The notes under the pieces are model-generated. The model was not told where the DNA came from. It was given only the letters and a program-made list of their open reading frames with translations, and ran no database searches. From the NCBI GenBank assembly GCA_963827285.1, contig CAWHAG010000001.1:274682-338681 (forward strand): a DNA stretch of 64,000 nucleotides. Reading direction: 5' to 3'. The position numbers and the translations under genes were made by a program. The stretch comes from Ignavibacteriota bacterium. Its GTDB lineage: Bacteria; Bacteroidota; Ignavibacteria; CAWHAG01. Of the stretch, positions 10,388 through 20,000 are shown piece after piece. Numbering within the stretch: position 1 is the stretch's first letter; every line of letters begins with the position of its first letter.

Positions 10388-11986
10388 ATGCTTCAGCGAC
10401 TGCTATACTGTTTCCTTTTCTCCATAGTTCTTTCGGCTGGGACTTCCGCAGAGATTGTGAAAGTAGTGTTCGAAGGTAGTAAGCAGCCTACCCAGTTGGT
10501 CGCTGCGTTTAACGAGCGAGAAGTTCTTTATGGTTCTCTCAAGGATTTGTCTGACGCTCTTTCTCTTCAGGTCTATTACAACAGCACGACGAAGAAACTT
10601 GAGGTGAAGTGTGGGCAATACAGGATCAAAGCATCGGCGAACAACCCATTCATTGTAATTGCAGATAGATCAAACAATTCCACAACGTATCAACTTCCTC
10701 TCAATGTGATTCTCGCTTCGGATGCGATTTTCGTTCCTCTCCAATTCTTCATCCCTCTTTTGAATACGGTGTGTGGTAGCGAGCTCTCTTACAGGGGCAT
10801 GGATAAGGTCATTGCGGTCAAATCGGCGAAGCCGGGAAACAAATCTCCGTGCATGGAAAGGCTATTCGATATTTCGAGTTTGAAAGTGGAGGAGAAGAAG
10901 AATGGTTACTTGATACGCATTACCGCTGCAAGGAGGTTCACTGACTATGAAAGTTTCATCGGTCGCGACGGCTCACTCTATACTACCATAGCAAATGCAA
11001 AGGGAGATGTTGATCGGCTTCAAGCGACGAAACCCGTTGGCATTGTAAGGATGGTGGAGGCTATCCAATCGCCAACCGCGTTGCAACTGAACGTTCGATT
11101 AAACCGCAAAGCTGAAAGCAGTGATATCTTCCAGGATCCTCAAAGCAACGACCTGTTGATTCCAGTGTATCTTCCCATTCGCTCTGAGCGCATTGATAGC
11201 ATCTATCGGTCAGAGCAGCAGAGACTACGTCAGCAGGAGCAGAAGGCGAAGGGACGTAAAGACTGGAAACTTGACCGTATTGTCATTGACCCTGGTCATG
11301 GCGGCAAAAGTGTTGGCACCATTGGTCTATCCGGTGTCTATGAAAAGAAGCTGGCGCTGGCAATCGCACTGAAGCTCGGCAAACTAATTGAGAAGAATCT
11401 GAAGGGCGTTAAGGTTGTCTACACGCGCCAGGATGATAGCTCTGTCGAACTCTATCGAAGAGGTCAAATTGCAAACGAGGCAGGAGGGAAACTCTTTATC
11501 AGCATTCACTGCAACTCCATGCCGAAGAAGCCTTATAAGACAAATGGCTTTGAGATCTATCTGCTTCGCCCTGGAAGAGTAGATGAAGCAATTGCCATTG
11601 CAGAGCGGGAGAATTCAGTCATCAAGTTGGAAGAAGGGTACGCGAAGAGACCAGAATACAAGGAGTTGACAGATGAAAACTTCATTCTTGTTACCATGGC
11701 ACAAAGCGCTTACATGAAGTACAGCGAGCGGTTTGCCCAGTTGGTGTCTGGGGAGATGAGTGGAAAGTCACGGATCGAAAATCGCGGTGTCATGCAAGCA
11801 GGATTCTTTGTGTTGGTTGGGGCTTCGATGCCGTCTGTTCTAATTGAAGCGGGGTATCTCTCCAACAGGCGCGATGAGAAATTCCTGAAGAGCTCATCAG
11901 GCCAACAGGAGATCGCGACAGGGATTTTCAAGGCAGTCAGGAAGTACAAAGTTGAATATGAAAAAGCACTGCAGGAGGGAAAGTAA
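10388..11986 (+). CDS. N-acetylmuramoyl-L-alanine amidase (Amidase_3, AmiC-like) with N-terminal extension
   Basis: IVIDPGHGGKSVG...LFISIHCNS...GFFVLVGASMPSVLIEAGYLSN matches Amidase_3; signal peptide. Confidence 0.85.
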   Translation: MLQRLLYCFLFSIVLSAGTSAEIVKVVFEGSKQPTQLVAAFNEREVLYGSLKDLSDALSLQVYYNSTTKKLEVKCGQYRIKASANNPFIVIADRSNNSTTYQLPLNVILASDAIFVPLQFFIPLLNTVCGSELSYRGMDKVIAVKSAKPGNKSPCMERLFDISSLKVEEKKNGYLIRITAARRFTDYESFIGRDGSLYTTIANAKGDVDRLQATKPVGIVRMVEAIQSPTALQLNVRLNRKAESSDIFQDPQSNDLLIPVYLPIRSERIDSIYRSEQQRLRQQEQKAKGRKDWKLDRIVIDPGHGGKSVGTIGLSGVYEKKLALAIALKLGKLIEKNLKGVKVVYTRQDDSSVELYRRGQIANEAGGKLFISIHCNSMPKKPYKTNGFEIYLLRPGRVDEAIAIAERENSVIKLEEGYAKRPEYKELTDENFILVTMAQSAYMKYSERFAQLVSGEMSGKSRIENRGVMQAGFFVLVGASMPSVLIEAGYLSNRRDEKFLKSSSGQQEIATGIFKAVRKYKVEYEKALQEGK

Positions 11987-12029
11987 GTTAGATCCCAGCC
12001 TTCTCCGAGAAGGCTGACGTCTGGTAATG

Positions 12030-12074
12030 AAAGTCCCAATCCCACATAAGCAGGATTGGGACTTTTGCTTTCTC
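12030..12074 (+). terminator. Rho-independent terminator between convergent genes
   Basis: 13-bp perfect inverted repeat AAAGTCCCAATCC / GGATTGGGACTTT with 10-nt loop, followed by TTGCTTTCTC; a second hairpin CAGCCTT...AAGGCTG lies just upstream. Confidence 0.7.
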
Positions 12075-12097
12075 AACCGTTTGAGATGGTAGTGTTG

Positions 12098-13507
12098 TCA
12101 AAACCTATAAGACAGTGTGAACAAGAAATTATCCGTTGTCACCTTCTCATCAGTGCGTGAAGATTGATCATCGTACTGGACACGGTATGTGCTGAATGAC
12201 CCGCGGGCGTACGCGCCGTCAATCATCAATGTCTCGCTCACTAAGAACCCAATTCCCACAGTCCAATACTTATGCTGTCGGTCTGAGATGCCTTTATCTT
12301 CAGCGTAAGGTGATGGACGATATCCGTAACCAGCACGTAACTGCACGTTAATATCAGGAATGGTGTATTCACCACCTATTCTCAGGCTTGTCACCGCTTG
12401 AAGAAACTGTTTAATGTCGGTATTCAATGCAGCAACGTCAGAGTTAGCATCATCAAATCGAAGTTGCGTGTAATCAGTGTAATCCACATCGCCAGACACG
12501 GTGAATCCGGCGTAACTCACTGATACGCCTCCTCCAAACACCCATGGTGTCACCACATCGTATTTGTCGGTGCCGGGGAGTTTGTAGTAATAGGTGTCCC
12601 CGTTGTCGAAATAGCTGTTGCCGTCAGTGGAGTAATCTTCCCGGATAGTGTAGATTGAGGGCGTTTTGATTGTCGCGCCGAATCGTAGAACGTCCTTCCA
12701 CCGATACAATAGCCCAAACTTTCCCCCCACCCCGCTGATGTCCCCAGTAATGATGTTGTGCAGCGTCAAGCTTCTGAAATCCCAGGGGAGTGTATTATAG
12801 ACATTCTTCGTGTCCTCCTCGATGAAATTTCTATCATAGGTGTAGGTTCCCGATAATATGTTGAGTGTTAATCCAACGGATAAATCTTGCGCAATATCAA
12901 GTGCACCTGCAAAGGACCAGTTGTTTAATCCTCCTCCTTCGAGCACAGTCCCTCGCTGATTGACATTTCTTTGAATAGGAGTATTTCCAAGGCTATCATT
13001 CAAATAAAGTTGATATGCTATGTCTTGATCGTAATTCTTGTTATAGAGTGTTGGGATAATGGAGCTATTCGGGTTGAAGTTGTTAAACGAAAGTGTGGTT
13101 GTAAAGTCATTTACTCGGTTGTAGCCAACTGCAAATGTCAGACTACCTCGAATCGTCGGGAATGGGTACACAAAGCCAATGTTGTTCAAGCCGGTTGAGC
13201 TGTTGGATGAACTGCTTGACGCGTTCAAGAACGTGCCGTTGTTCTGATATGACAGCGTCGAGAGCCCACCCATCAGTTCCATTCGTTTGACTTGTGCTAA
13301 TCCCGCCGGGTTCCAGAATGTTGCGCTGTAATCGTCAGCGACGCCCGTGTAAGCTCCGCCCATTCCTAGAGAACGAGCACCAATACCGAGTCCAGGTACC
13401 GCCAACCGCAAGGCATCCTCGATAAATTGTGCTTCTGAAGTCTGTACCGCAAACAACAATATACAAAGCGTGATCGCTGTCCATCCGATATTCATTTTGA
13501 TTTTCAT
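12098..13507 (-). CDS. outer-membrane beta-barrel protein, FadL/TodX/PorV-like
   Basis: Signal peptide; N-terminal LAVPGLGIGARSLGMGGAYTGVADDYSATFWNPAGLA resembles the FadL-family N-terminus; C-terminal LSYRF aromatic barrel end. Confidence 0.7.
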   Translation of the reverse strand: MKIKMNIGWTAITLCILLFAVQTSEAQFIEDALRLAVPGLGIGARSLGMGGAYTGVADDYSATFWNPAGLAQVKRMELMGGLSTLSYQNNGTFLNASSSSSNSSTGLNNIGFVYPFPTIRGSLTFAVGYNRVNDFTTTLSFNNFNPNSSIIPTLYNKNYDQDIAYQLYLNDSLGNTPIQRNVNQRGTVLEGGGLNNWSFAGALDIAQDLSVGLTLNILSGTYTYDRNFIEEDTKNVYNTLPWDFRSLTLHNIITGDISGVGGKFGLLYRWKDVLRFGATIKTPSIYTIREDYSTDGNSYFDNGDTYYYKLPGTDKYDVVTPWVFGGGVSVSYAGFTVSGDVDYTDYTQLRFDDANSDVAALNTDIKQFLQAVTSLRIGGEYTIPDINVQLRAGYGYRPSPYAEDKGISDRQHKYWTVGIGFLVSETLMIDGAYARGSFSTYRVQYDDQSSRTDEKVTTDNFLFTLSYRF

Positions 13508-13576
13508 GGTTGTCACCTATCAAGTTTATGAAGTGAAGAATCGTCGTGAATTAGGCTGTAGCATTCTCTCCATAAA

Positions 13577-14275
13577 CTATTTTCCTCTTGTTGAACCGCT
13601 TGTTCTCTTGCCTCCGCTATCGCTCTTGCCATCGTCTGAACTCTCGTCTCTTTGAGCATCGTTAGAACGTATATCTGTTGTGTTACTGTTGTCCCTTGAA
13701 TTACTGGTCGAGTCCTGCCGTACTGACCCCCGGGCGTCTTTCTGCGGCGATGAACCCGCTGTGTTTTCACTGCTGGTTGATGCACCAGCGGCGGAAGGAA
13801 CGCTTCTTGCCGGCGGAGGAATGTTGATTGTGTTAGGACTACTTCCTCTTTGACTGCCGATATTCCGCCTGCTATCATCATACTGGCTGTCAACTGAAGT
13901 CTTCCCACTTCCGCCACCGGATTGAACCGCTCCCCCCCGCGTATAATCATACCACCACGGATAATGATAGTAATTCCACCGCCGACCATGGGTTGTAATG
14001 GCTCGATTTTGCTCACCATTGATGGTGCCGTCGTCTCCGCGGCTGAGATTGCCAAACAAAGCTACATCGTGGTCGTAGGTGTTGTCGCTGTATCGCTCCG
14101 TGTGACAGCTTGAGCACTCATCTCGGTAGCCAATCGTCGCTCGGTAACCATTCTCGCTATCATCTTTCATTGCTACTTCTGGATGCTTAAGCACAGTGTA
14201 GCAACCAGAGATGCCAAGAGCGAACAGGACAACAAGTCCGAGATATTCTTTCCTTCTAATAAGTCTCATCTTCAT
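13577..14275 (-). CDS. low-complexity lipoprotein (lipobox ISGC; Tyr/Trp-rich core; Ser/Thr/Gly/Arg/Asp-rich tail)
   Basis: MKMRLIRRKEYLGLVVLFALGISGCYT...; WNYYHYPWWYDYTRGG; long disordered S/G/R/D tail. Confidence 0.6.
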   Translation of the reverse strand: MKMRLIRRKEYLGLVVLFALGISGCYTVLKHPEVAMKDDSENGYRATIGYRDECSSCHTERYSDNTYDHDVALFGNLSRGDDGTINGEQNRAITTHGRRWNYYHYPWWYDYTRGGAVQSGGGSGKTSVDSQYDDSRRNIGSQRGSSPNTINIPPPARSVPSAAGASTSSENTAGSSPQKDARGSVRQDSTSNSRDNSNTTDIRSNDAQRDESSDDGKSDSGGKRTSGSTRGK

Positions 14276-14845
14276 TTGCCTCTGTGAGCTTTTTCTACCG
14301 GCTATCGTCCTCTGGTGCTTCCTCCTCCTCGGCTGCCCCCACTGCTTCCGCCCCCGCCACTTCCACCCCGACTTCCTCCACCGCTTCCTCCTCTGGTACC
14401 TCCACTGCTACTTGGTGGGGGAGAGTAACTTGGTGAGGATGATTAAGCCGGAGGAGTATAACTCGATGGCGTAGCTCCTGATTTCGGAGAACTTGACGAT
14501 TGTGACGAAGGATGCGAATTGGTGCGTGTCCTGCTCCTTCCGCTCTCTGTCCTGGGACGAATGCTGGGCACCGGCACGGGTTTCAGTTCATTGGGGACAA
14601 CGTATTTGCTTTTGCCTTTAGGATTATCATCTCTTGTGCTTCCGCCTCTCGATTTACTATCTCTCGAACTTCCGCCTCGTGTATTGCCTTGACCTCGTGT
14701 CCCGCTTCCACCCTGGTTGCCTTCAACTCGTGTTCCTCCTCCAGCACGGTCAGCGCCGACGGTCGGATTCCGGTCTGTTCCAGTGCGAGTTCTGTCTGTA
14801 CCCGCTGCACCGCGGGTCGTGCTTTCCTTCGTTGTGCTTTCGGTT

Positions 14846-15415
14846 CTAGTTCCCGTAGCCGATGGTGGATTGAAGGAAGAAACCTGCTCCACCGGTAGAT
14901 ACGCCCCGCGTTGAACCAGCGCCACGAGTTGAACCAAAGTCTCTCGTCCTTGAGCGATCCTTGTTATAACCGTAGTAAGTGCCGTAGTAGTAGGGATTAT
15001 AGTCGCCGTAGTAACCCCCGTAGTAGTAATTCCCGTAAGGGTAATACCACCCAGGACTGTAGCCGCCGTAGTACCACCATGGATGCCAATACCAATCGGG
15101 GTACCAGTACGAACTCGACCAATAGTAATTGCCCCCGTACCAATCATCGTAAGATGGGTCGAACCAATAGGAGGACGGATAATAGAACCGGAAGTAGAAC
15201 CTATGACGAGGGTAGCCATAGAAGTAATAGTTGTTGACAACATTGCCGCGCGCCGTATCCGTAGAGGCGTAGGTGCTATCTTGGTCATAGTATTCATTGG
15301 AGTAACTCTCGTCTGACCTCATAGTGGCGACTTGTGTGTAGCAGCCTGAGATCAGCAGACCCATCCCCAGAAGTCCGATCAGTAGAGTTAGTGTTGCTTT
15401 CGCCTTTCTGTTCAT
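14846..15415 (-). CDS. paralogous Tyr/Trp/Gly-rich lipoprotein (lipobox ISGC); apparent frameshift, tail probably continues to 14443
   Basis: MNRKAKATLTLLIGLLGMGLLISGCYT...; extreme aromatic stretch (YYWSSSYWYPDWYWHPWWYYGGY...). The S/T/R/G-rich tail continues in another frame (ORF 14443-15297, C-terminal part), mirroring the tail of the 13577-14275 paralog. Confidence 0.6.
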   Translation of the reverse strand: MNRKAKATLTLLIGLLGMGLLISGCYTQVATMRSDESYSNEYYDQDSTYASTDTARGNVVNNYYFYGYPRHRFYFRFYYPSSYWFDPSYDDWYGGNYYWSSSYWYPDWYWHPWWYYGGYSPGWYYPYGNYYYGGYYGDYNPYYYGTYYGYNKDRSRTRDFGSTRGAGSTRGVSTGGAGFFLQSTIGYGN

Positions 15416-15824
15416 GGCTCTGCTCCTTTATATATTTGGGTTTGTGATCTATTCACTATTCTGAACAATTCGTATGCCAGAAGGTTCCTCATGGATATCG
15501 TCATTCCATACCGCTTTAAGTCGTTGTTTTTCAGTGTCGTCTAACCGTCGGGCAAAGAATCCTTGAACCACCAGTGTATGGCATTCTCAACTGTATCGTT
15601 GAGTTTTAAGCACACATAGCTTTGCCCATGCACAAATTAGCGAAAAGAGCTGAGAAAGTCAAGCGTGACTTTCATCTTGAATCCACAAGAGACTCAACAG
15701 GAAGTCCCTCAACACAGCGGCTATTGCCGATAACCAATACGGAGAGAGTCTGCCTGTGGCCTCGTGCGCTCGACATCTTTCATCGTGTTGCAGATGCTGT
15801 GAGAACGGCAGGTGACGCGTCATG

Positions 15825-16725
15825 CTAACGGTGTTCTCGTTCCGATAGTGCACTTGCTTTTAGGTAATCCCGAAAATTCCTGTGTCCATCAACCACCTCA
15901 TTGTGTTGAAGGTTGGTGTAGAGGAAAACAAGCCGATGCTTTCGCAGATCCTCTGGTGTCACATCTGCTTCTTTTCTCGCAAGATGCGGAATGCCCCAAC
16001 TCTCCAAATCAGAGATCAATGCTTCGGTCTCGTCCTTTGTCCCGCCATCCTTTGTGTAAATGCTGATAAGTTTGCCGTTGTGATGATCAAGCCAGTACAC
16101 GTACTTTTCCGTTTGTCCGTAAAGTGCGTCGAACAGAAACACCTCTTTGATATGATCAGTTAATCCACCACGCATGAGGATAAAGGAAATAACGTGATAG
16201 CCCCCACTATGACCCGAGAGGATGATGTCCCCTATTTGCCTGCTTGTCGTTTTCTTCTGCTGAAAGAGCCACTCGATAATATCACTCATAAACCTCTCGA
16301 ATCCTTCTGGATCTTCCAGTTTGCCACCGAACGAATCGGGAGAGTTGCGAGGTCCCTGAGGGAACGATCAAGATGGCGTTTTTCTCACTCTCACTGAACT
16401 GCTCGATGAGCTGAAAACGACGCAACACACTGTCAACATTGTTCCACCAACCATGGAAGTGAACGGCGAAGTCAACTCTTTCTGTCTGCCTATACCCTTT
16501 CGGAATGAACATTGCTACGCTGCTGTCGTTGTAGTGTTTATCGGCCGGATAGATCACGTTGTCATATTTGTGTCCTTCAGCTCGTTTTGGATGAGGAAAT
16601 GGTGCGGAAGAAAGCTGCGTAATGATTAGCTCACCGAACTGGGTATATCGTTGATCTGGATTTTGGGCCTGCAGAGCGACTGCTGTTGAAAGCATTGGAG
16701 CGAGTAGTAGTGAAAGTTTATTCAT
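15825..16725 (-). pseudogene. alpha/beta-hydrolase (esterase-like, GHSGG nucleophile elbow) split by a frameshift near 16355-16368
   Basis: ORF 16282-16725 (signal peptide...AVHFHGWWNN...NAILIVP) and ORF 15825-16289 (MSDIIEWL...IGDIILSGHSGGYHV...) are adjacent. The frame of the second reads back as ...QGPRNSPDSFGGKLEDPEGFERF-MSDIIEWL, joining the first after ILIVP. Confidence 0.65.
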
Positions 16726-16832
16726 AAATCATGATGGTGCGTGTTAGAGAGAGTTGTGGTCACTCATATGAAGACGAAAGCAAGTAGCGAGATCCTTTTG
16801 TTTCTCGCTTCTCGTCTCCTGTAAATGCAGAA

Positions 16833-16910
16833 GTGAGCGCCTGTCGCTTGCAGCGCCATCTGGAGCAAGACATAGACTCACAATCTTGCGCCATGGCGCC
16901 GAAGGCGCTC
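16833..16910. repeat. conserved intergenic element, copy 1 (GCGCCATGGCGC palindrome plus AGATGGCGCTGCAAGCGACAGGCGCTCAC core)
   Basis: A 29-nt block GTGAGCGCCTGTCGCTTGCAGCGCCATCT here is identical to the reverse complement of 62689-62717; both copies also carry GCGCCATGGCGC. Confidence 0.6.
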
Positions 16911-17037
16911 ATTCGATTTGGTGCCAGGAGGCTTTAGCATCACATCGTGGCACTCCGTGCCACTTCTGATTTCCATCTTCCTCATTGTAGGAAGAAGAAT
17001 GTCTTACCACGCCACTTTCAAGCTAGTCCAGAAGATT

Positions 17038-20000
17038 CTATTCCGTAATGTCCAGGCTCACCTCGTTAGCATTTCCTCTTACCTCTGGATAATACATCAG
17101 CGAGGCAAGCGATGGCATCACGTGGTAGTTTCCAGGAATCTGTGCACGAACGATGTAAGTAAAGGCATGTTCACCTGAATAGAAATATCGTGCAAAGAAC
17201 GCGACTTTCTCATCTCGCACGTCTCGCTCTTCCCACCACCATCGCCATCCATAATACTCGCCGCCGCTGTAGCCATCCTCATCTGCAATCTTGTATCCAT
17301 CTGTTTTCCGAATCACCTCGCAGCCTGAGGGCAGTGGATCTTCGAGCATGAAATATTCATAGTTGTCGTCAGAGTAAATGTGCAACTTTACGAAGATCTC
17401 GTCTCCTGACTTCACGGTCCCAGTGAAGGGCTGTTTCACATAGACGATCTCCTCACTCCTTCTCTGCTTCACAAGTTTGAAATACTCCCTTGTTACTTTG
17501 AATCCGGCACTCTTCGGCTGGATGTTTTCATCTGCTGAGTAATACATCACCCGGGAGGTGAAGTAAAGTTTCCCGTCGCCGTATTTTTCCACCCGAATCC
17601 GGTTTTCACCCTGCCTGAGCGAACGCCCGTTCACCTTCACGCGCGCCTCTTTAGAGAACACATCATCCTGTGTGACTTTCTTCTCCATGACCATCTGGTC
17701 ATTCACATACACTTTCGTTAGATAGTTCGGCTGAAGCTCCTTGCTGTTCTTCAAATAGTCCGCCAAGGCAAAGATGATGATTGCTGTCTGTCGCGTCGAG
17801 TTCCATGAGAACCCGTGCCGCTGACTCAATAGCCAGTGCACGCCCTTCCTGATGAGGTCGCTGTTGCCCTTCATTTCAATCAATGCCTTGAGTGCAAAGG
17901 CGGTGGTTTCAACAGCGTCGTCCTGCCAGTTGTAGTGCCAACTCTTGCCTGTCCAGTAAATCGCCGTTCCGGTGCTGGTAGTGCCGGCCTCCAGTTGATT
18001 AACAAGTGTCATCGCCGTCGCCTTGTCGCCTTGATGGTAACTTGCTAATGCCAGGAGCGACCGTGCATAGTTGTTAATACCCCTCGTATCGAACCGTGCC
18101 AACTGACCATCAATGATGGACTTCTCCAAAACCTTCTCTTGCTCATTGGCGAACGTCATCACGTAGATCACATACGCATGTGTCGTGGGGTCAAGTTTCA
18201 CTGTGCTCTCCAGGTGTCCCTTCAAGTTCCAGATCCCTTTCGAAATCACATTTTCAGGAATCTCGTAGTTGGCGCGCTTTGCAAGTGAGAGACCATAGAC
18301 GACGTATGCTGTCATAAACGGGTCAGACTGATCGTTTTCCCACCAGCCCCATCCTCCGTCTTCATGCTGGAAGTTGTAAAGTCGCTTCAAGCCTTTCTCC
18401 ACCATCTTCGGGATCTCTTTTTTCACATCCTCCGCTAATGGCACATTCAAGTCGCGCATCGTGTTTGCCACGATGACTGTTGGCAGGAATCTGCTCATTG
18501 TCTGCTCAACGCAGCCATAAGGATAACCTATCAAATCGTCAAGTGCACCAAGTATGCTCGAGGCAAGCGATGGAGAGATACTGACGTAGAACTGTGCGCT
18601 GCTCAAATCCACAGCTTGCGGGATATTCACGGTTGCTGTCTTGACCTCCCGATTTGCATCAATATCAATCACCTGCGCCTCCGCGATCTGCAATCCATGA
18701 GGCAACACCGGTACTTTCACTTCCATCGCATCGGATTCCTCGTTGGTGAGTGCCTTGGCTAACAGCTTGGCTTCACCAGGGCTGGAGGTTCTCACCTTCC
18801 AATCAATCTTCACCTCACCATTTCTTGGAACAGTTATGATCTTCTCAGTCCCCTCAACGTTAAGATTGGTTGCCGACAAACTGACTTTCGTTTGTTTGTC
18901 TTCGCTGAGGTAATTGTGCACGATGGTCGCAATCAGCAGTTCATCTTTCTGCATGAAGAATCTCGGCGTCTCCATCCGAACTATCAAGTTCTTGCGTGCA
19001 ATGACTCTGCTGATTTCACTGCCAACTTCCGTTTCTCTGGTCATGGCGCGAACGGTTGCTCGCCAGGTCGTCAAGTTGTCTGGATACTTCACTTGTACTT
19101 TGGCAATGCCGTTCCCATCCGTCACAAGTGTTGGCTGCCACAGCATCATATCCTTGAACTCTCGACGAGTCGCCGGTTCCATGAAGAGTTGCCCCTTGAC
19201 ATCACCAAGAGCGATGCGCTCTCGCTCCGATCTTGTTGCCATCAGTGGAGCTGCTTCACCCGCCTTCTTGTTGTCAGAGTATTCTTCTTTCCTCAGACCT
19301 CGAGAATAGCCGTAGAAGTTGAAGAACAGCGATGATGATGTCTGGACGGAGTTGTATCGTATGTTGTAGAAGAACTTTTTGATGTCCGTCGTTCTCTCGG
19401 GCGAGATCGCATACACGCTTTCGTCCACCACACCGACGGAGACTTCCGCATTGCGTACCGATCTACCGTTTTCGTCAGTGACCTTCACCGTCAACTCACC
19501 TTGATCCTGCGGCTTGTAGGTCTGCTTGTCATTCAGAATTTCGACGTTGAGAAACTTCTCCTGCGGGATAATGAGCACTCGCTTGCTCTGATTGTAAAAG
19601 TTGTCATTGAAGAGAGTCGAAACAGAGAGGTATATATTTGGACGATAGTTATCTTTCAATTTCACATCAATCACTTTAGAAACCCCATCAAATCGTTCGA
19701 CGTTCTGATCAAGAATGTCCTCACCTTCAACGGTCACCAGTGCGTCAATTCCAGAAGTCGGCAGCACGATCAGAGCATGCATTGTCTCGCCGGCAGTGTA
19801 ACTGTCTTTGTCGGGAATTATTTGAATCTTTGCGGATTCCTCCCCCCAGTACGCGTAGTAACGCTCGTCTGTGACATAAAGATAGCTGGTCTCATCAATG
19901 TAGTTGTTGCGCGAATCCCTTGCACTGACGACCAAGCGATAGTAGCCGTTCTCCTGTACTGAGAAGTTCACTGTGCCGCTGCCATCACGATTCGTCGCGC

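Noticed and set aside
13513-14055. 180-aa ORF overlapping lipoprotein 1 in another frame
   Set aside because: Overlaps a better-supported gene with lipobox and paralog; no recognisable features.
14443-15297. 284-aa ORF rich in Thr/Gly/Ile overlapping the Tyr-rich lipoprotein gene
   Set aside because: Its N-terminal two-thirds is an alternative-frame reading of Tyr/Gly codons; only the C-terminal S/T/R/G tail is likely real, as the frameshifted tail of the lipoprotein.
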